From: Candidatus Kapaibacterium sp.
GTDB taxonomy: Bacteria; Bacteroidota; Ignavibacteria; Kapaibacteriales; UBA2268
NCBI GenBank assembly: GCA_963665665.1
Contig: OY762428.1
Span: 4,480,001 to 4,544,000, forward strand
Direction of reading: 5' to 3'
Length of the DNA stretch: 64,000 nucleotides
Shown here one piece after another: positions 59,425 to 64,000 of this stretch. The notes under the pieces are model-generated. The model had not been told where the DNA came from and did no database searches. It saw only the letters and a program-made list of their open reading frames with translations. Every line of letters begins with the position of its first letter. Position 1 is the stretch's first letter. The translations under genes were made by a program, and so were the position numbers.

Positions 59425-59934
59425 ATGGATCTTAAACAACTAAAAAGAATTTTGGAGCTTTTTGATGGCAGCAAAGCCACTGAACTGACAATTGAATCCG
59501 AGGGCCTTAAATTAAAAATGGCCAAGCATAACAAAAACGTTGTTATTAAAGAACAGACACAGTCTATGCCTGTTGTTCAGCAAATGCCTGTTCCTGCTGC
59601 GTCATCTGTTGAAACTATCCCGGCCGAACCGGCTTCTGTAACAGTCGAAAACTTACAACCGACGCAGGCCACCAGCGAAGCGGCAGTCGGAGAATTTTAT
59701 ATTTTAAAATCCCCTATTGTCGGAACATTCTACCGCTCTCCTTCACCAGATGCTGCTCCTTTTGTGGAAGTAGGTACTAAAGTGCAAGCTGGTACAACAC
59801 TTTGTATTGTGGAAGCTATGAAGCTTATGAATGAAATTGAAAGCGATATTAGCGGTACAATTGAAAAAATTGTTATTGAAAACGGACAGCCCGTAGAATT
59901 CGACGAGGCATTATTCTATATTAAACCGGATTAG
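59425..59934 (+). CDS. accB: Biotin carboxyl carrier protein
   Basis: [13 protein letters not shown] and EAMKLMNEI. Confidence 0.96.
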   Translation: MDLKQLKRILELFDGSKATELTIESEGLKLKMAKHNKNVVIKEQTQSMPVVQQMPVPAASSVETIPAEPASVTVENLQPTQATSEAAVGEFYILKSPIVGTFYRSPSPDAAPFVEVGTKVQAGTTLCIVEAMKLMNEIESDISGTIEKIVIENGQPVEFDEALFYIKPD

Positions 59935-60009
59935 TTTTTCTTATCTATTGTTCAAAAATTACCTGTTAAACAGCAGGTAATTATTTGTATTTGAAATCAA
60001 GGTGAAATA

Positions 60010-61353
60010 ATGATAAAAAAAATCCTGATAGCAAACAGGGGCGAAATAGCATTAAGAATTATTCGTGCCTGCCGCGAACTTGGAATTAAAACGGTAGCGG
60101 TTTATTCAAAGGCGGATGAAGTTTCACTTCATGTGAAATTCGCGGATGAAGCCGTATGTATTGGCCCGGCTCCGAGCACCCAAAGCTACCTGAACGTGCG
60201 CAGTATTATAGCTGCTGCTGAAATTACCAATGCTGATGCAATCCATCCCGGCTATGGATTTCTTGCCGAAAATGATGCATTCGTTGATATGTGCAATGAT
60301 CATAATATTGTATTTATAGGCCCGAGTGCTGATGCTATAAGAAGGATGGGGAATAAAGCAGTTGCAAAGGAAACAATGAAAAATGCCGGAGTACCGGTTG
60401 TTCCCGGTAGCGATGGTGTTCTTGCCGACATGAAGGATGCTAAAGAAACAGCAGGCAGGATAGGGTATCCATGTTTGTTAAAGGCCGTTGCAGGTGGTGG
60501 AGGCAAAGGTATGCGCATCGTAAACAACGATGATGATATGAAAAAATATTTTGATATGACCAGGAATGAAGCAGCAGTATCATTTAATAATCCTGACGTC
60601 TATCTTGAAAAGCTTGTTCAGGGGTCCAGGCACATTGAAATCCAGATCATCGGCGACAGCTTCGGAAATGTCGTGCATCTTAACGAAAGAGAATGCTCGC
60701 TTCAGCGTCGTCACCAGAAACTTATTGAGGAAGCGCCTTCACCGGTGGTTACAGAGTCTATTCGCGAAAGTATGGGGAGAGCAGCTGTTAACGGAGCAAA
60801 AGCTGTTAACTACTGTGGCCCCGGGACTATCGAATATATTGTTGATAAAGATATGAATTATTATTTCATGGAAATGAATACCAGGATACAGGTTGAGCAT
60901 CCTGTAACCGAGGAATCTTTAACAATAGATATCCTGAAAGAACAGATTCGTGTTGCTGCAGGGGAAAAACTTAGTTTTACTGAAAAACCACCGCTAATGC
61001 ACTCGATTGAATGCAGGATAAACGCTGAAGACCCATTTCATGATTTCAGGCCGTCACCGGGAGTAATTGAAAGTTTGCATTTTCCTGGCGGTCATGGAGT
61101 AAGGATTGACTCTCATGTTTTCCAGACGTACAGAATACCACCATTTTATGATTCATTGCTGGCAAAACTGATTACATTTGCTCCGACAAGGGACGGTGCA
61201 ATTGCAAAAATGCGCAGGGCATTGGATGAATTTGTTATCGAAGGTGTAAAAACCACCATACCTTTCCACAGGAAAATGATGGATAATCCTGATTTCATTG
61301 CAGGAAATATTGATACAAAGTATCTTGAGACTCACGACTGGCAAAATATTTAA
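60010..61353 (+). CDS. accC: Biotin carboxylase
   Basis: [28 protein letters not shown] and [14 protein letters not shown]. Confidence 0.97.
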   Translation: MIKKILIANRGEIALRIIRACRELGIKTVAVYSKADEVSLHVKFADEAVCIGPAPSTQSYLNVRSIIAAAEITNADAIHPGYGFLAENDAFVDMCNDHNIVFIGPSADAIRRMGNKAVAKETMKNAGVPVVPGSDGVLADMKDAKETAGRIGYPCLLKAVAGGGGKGMRIVNNDDDMKKYFDMTRNEAAVSFNNPDVYLEKLVQGSRHIEIQIIGDSFGNVVHLNERECSLQRRHQKLIEEAPSPVVTESIRESMGRAAVNGAKAVNYCGPGTIEYIVDKDMNYYFMEMNTRIQVEHPVTEESLTIDILKEQIRVAAGEKLSFTEKPPLMHSIECRINAEDPFHDFRPSPGVIESLHFPGGHGVRIDSHVFQTYRIPPFYDSLLAKLITFAPTRDGAIAKMRRALDEFVIEGVKTTIPFHRKMMDNPDFIAGNIDTKYLETHDWQNI

Positions 61354-61471
61354 AAAATTCCGGACAAATATTGAAATATTTTTCTTTTATCATTTTTCAT
61401 TTGCGATTTTTATTATTAATTTGCTTAACGAATTGAAAAGAAATTTCTGAATTAATAAACGGAGTTAAGAG

Positions 61472-61849
61472 ATGAACTTCCCAGAAAATTTGAAGTACAC
61501 AGAAGACCACGAATGGGTAAAAGTTGAAGGAAATATTGCCACAATAGGAATCACAGAACACGCTGCCGGCGAACTTGGCGATGTTGTTTATGTTGATATT
61601 GACGAAGATCTTGAAACTGTTAGCAAGGGCGATACTCTCGGAACTATCGAAGCTGTAAAAACAGTTGCAGATCTTTTCACTCCGATTAGCGGTAATGTTA
61701 CGGAAGTTAATACAGATATTAACGACGCTCCTGAAATCGTGAACCAGAAACCTTATGATGACGGCTGGATGGTAAAAATCGAAATGAGCGACACTTCCGA
61801 ATTAGACGCATTGATGGATGGAGCAGCATACAAAGAATCAATCGGCTAA
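61472..61849 (+). CDS. gcvH: Glycine cleavage system H protein
   Basis: YTEDHEWV, LGDVVYV, IEAVKTV (lipoyl-Lys) and PYDDGW. Confidence 0.96.
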   Translation: MNFPENLKYTEDHEWVKVEGNIATIGITEHAAGELGDVVYVDIDEDLETVSKGDTLGTIEAVKTVADLFTPISGNVTEVNTDINDAPEIVNQKPYDDGWMVKIEMSDTSELDALMDGAAYKESIG

Positions 61850-61883
61850 ATGAAGAGAAAATTTCCCGGCATTGCCGGTTTAT

Positions 61884-61910
61884 GGCCCGGGCTTGACCCG
61901 GGTTTTTTTT
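61884..61910 (+). terminator. Intrinsic terminator after gcvH
   Basis: CCCGGG-CTTGA-CCCGGG followed by T8. Confidence 0.72.
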
Positions 61911-61936
61911 ATTAACAATATTATGGCAAAAGACAG

Positions 61937-62584
61937 ATGGCTTCTTTATTTGATTCAATATCCCAACTAAGAAGGGATTACGGTAAGGACAACCTAAACA
62001 TAGATACACTGGACACTAACCCATTCGGTCAGTTTAAAATCTGGATGGAAGAAGCTGTTAACGCGGACTTCTTGGATCCTAACGCCATGGCACTATCAAC
62101 GGCAGACAAGGAAGGAAGGCCTTCTTCAAGGATCGTACTTCTTAAGGGGTGGGACGAGAGCGGATTTGTTTTCTATACAAACTACGAAAGCAGAAAAGGC
62201 CGCGAAATAGATGAAAACCCCAATGCATGCCTGTTGTTTTTCTGGGATAAGCTGGAAAGGCAAATAAGAATAAATGGCCGCCTTGAGAAAATTTCTCCCG
62301 AAGAATCAGATAAATATTTTCAATCCCGAGACTACGTCAGCCGCCTGGGTGCATGGGCTTCCGAGCAGAGCAGGCCGTTAAGCAGCAGATTCACACTTAT
62401 GAGGCGCGTGGCAAAGCTTGCACTGAAATATACCAATAGTGTTCCCCTGCCGCCATTTTGGGGGGGATATCGGCTTAAACCTGTAGAATTTGAATTCTGG
62501 CAGGGACGCGAGAGCAGGTTGCACGACAGGTTCAAATATCTTCCTGAAAAGAATAAATGGGAAATATCAAGGCTGAATCCTTAG
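61937..62584 (+). CDS. pdxH: Pyridoxamine 5'-phosphate oxidase
   Basis: RIVLLKG, FYTNYESRKG, SRLGAWASEQS and EFWQGRESRLHDR. Confidence 0.96.
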   Translation: MASLFDSISQLRRDYGKDNLNIDTLDTNPFGQFKIWMEEAVNADFLDPNAMALSTADKEGRPSSRIVLLKGWDESGFVFYTNYESRKGREIDENPNACLLFFWDKLERQIRINGRLEKISPEESDKYFQSRDYVSRLGAWASEQSRPLSSRFTLMRRVAKLALKYTNSVPLPPFWGGYRLKPVEFEFWQGRESRLHDRFKYLPEKNKWEISRLNP

Positions 62585-62771
62585 TGGAAATGATTTGTTA
62601 CATCTTCAAATATTGTGGATGGTTTTTAATATTCTGCTACTGGTAATCGAAGTATTTAGCAGAATATCAATAAGGTTAGCTCAAATTTATGCCAATATAA
62701 AAATAAAAAAACCCAAAGATTAATTAGGAAAATTTCCAAAATTAGCTCTGGGTTTTTTGCATCTTAATTTT

Positions 62772-63728
62772 TTACTGATTTTTAAAATATTTATTCCTGA
62801 TCTTTGATAAAGTTTCATAACCATGAGCTACTGTATAGAAATGGCCTTCGCCCTGTATGATGTGATATTCAAAATCTTTTAGTTTCTTTTCGTAATATTT
62901 TGATATTTTCATAGGTACAAACAGGTCATCCTTGCCCTGAAAAATATCAACATGCGGTTCTATGTCTGAAACATCAAAGCCCCAATCCTGGACAATCCTT
63001 TGGGCATCATAAGACGGTCCTTTAGTTCCGTGTTTGAACGATTCCTGGAAATCACGCATGAACATATTCTGGAAATCCGGAATTTCAAATAACTTCTTGT
63101 CAGCTTCGCATAAACTTGAAGAAAACATTTTTACAAATGATTTCGGGCTTTTAAGAAATTTTTGTGATAGTTCGACAATCCCATAGGAAAGCCTGAAAAA
63201 TGAAAGAGGGGCTTTATCTGCCAATTTTGCATATACCCTGTCAACAAATCCTATATCTTTTTGCATTTCAGGATCATTGTAAACCGGTGCCGCACATGCA
63301 AGGTTAATAACACATGCAAGATCGTCGGGATATTTAAGAGCATAGGCCATAAGTGTAGGGCCTCCGCCCGAAATACCCATGATACCAAAATGTTTTAATT
63401 TTAGTTTTTTTACAAGTTCTTTAATATCATCAGCGTAGTCGAGATGCGTCCATTCACGGAACTCTGAATCGGCAATACCGGGCCTGGTGGGAACAATTAT
63501 CCTGAAATTGTATTCTTTTCCTGGTTTATGCAGCATCATGGGATGAATATGCGCTCCCGTACCATGAAAAAATACAATCGGATCTCCGCCGGGGTTTCCA
63601 TATTCCCTGTAAGCAAGTTTTATTCCTGATGATGTATTCAGAAATTTCACTTTTTTATTCAGTTCGTCAATTTCATCATTAGTCAGTATACTCAGTTTTG
63701 GTTTTTTTTCATTAGAAGTATTTTGCAT
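62772..63728 (-). CDS. Alpha/beta-fold hydrolase
   Basis: FFHGTG, RPGIADS, nucleophile elbow GISGGG, QGKDDLFVP and GEGH. Confidence 0.88.
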   Translation of the reverse strand: MQNTSNEKKPKLSILTNDEIDELNKKVKFLNTSSGIKLAYREYGNPGGDPIVFFHGTGAHIHPMMLHKPGKEYNFRIIVPTRPGIADSEFREWTHLDYADDIKELVKKLKLKHFGIMGISGGGPTLMAYALKYPDDLACVINLACAAPVYNDPEMQKDIGFVDRVYAKLADKAPLSFFRLSYGIVELSQKFLKSPKSFVKMFSSSLCEADKKLFEIPDFQNMFMRDFQESFKHGTKGPSYDAQRIVQDWGFDVSDIEPHVDIFQGKDDLFVPMKISKYYEKKLKDFEYHIIQGEGHFYTVAHGYETLSKIRNKYFKNQ

Positions 63729-64000
63729 AATAAAATTCCGATTATTTGCAATAATATATACATTAATATAAATTATTTCTTATGAAATTGCAAACACGAT
63801 TTGATAATGAGAAAGGAAAATATGGAGGCGGGATATTTCCAAAAACTTTGTGTATAATGGCCTTAAATCTTTTGGGTGAAGAATTATGCTGATTATTGCT
63901 GTGTATTTGTTTTTATCGAAGTATATTCCATAAATAAAAGAGATTTTGTTGCAACCGAAATATTATAATTATCATTTGTTCTTTACTTATGGTAAATGAA

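Overview
This is an AT-rich bacterial window, most consistent with a non-Bacteroidia member of the FCB group (Ignavibacteria/Kapabacteria-like; inference). The evidence is a region-1.1-less primary sigma factor, TTTG-N19/20-TAnnTTTG promoters, T9SS cargo proteins and a DUF4175-type gene. Positions 1-20.8 kb hold a dense signalling cluster of 17 genes. It includes a stressosome operon (three sensor-bearing RsbR paralogues, RsbS, RsbT, RsbX) wired to histidine kinases rather than SigB, and it ends at a frameshifted tyrosine-integrase relic. Positions 21.3-23.2 kb are a repeat hotspot: two related 21-bp tandem arrays lie inverted and in register around a 4-nt centre, flanked by several nested REP/MITE-like families. 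Positions 23.4-27.4 kb carry a coupled operon of a DUF4956-like protein, a small membrane protein and an exported kinase-fold/Omp85 fusion. The rest is mostly housekeeping and envelope genes (nagZ, rfbB, wecB, wza/wzi-like, glyQS, rpoD, efp, accBC, gcvH, pdxH), six tRNAs and five ~124-bp repeats derived from tRNA-Leu. All protein calls come from motif recognition only; no searches were run.
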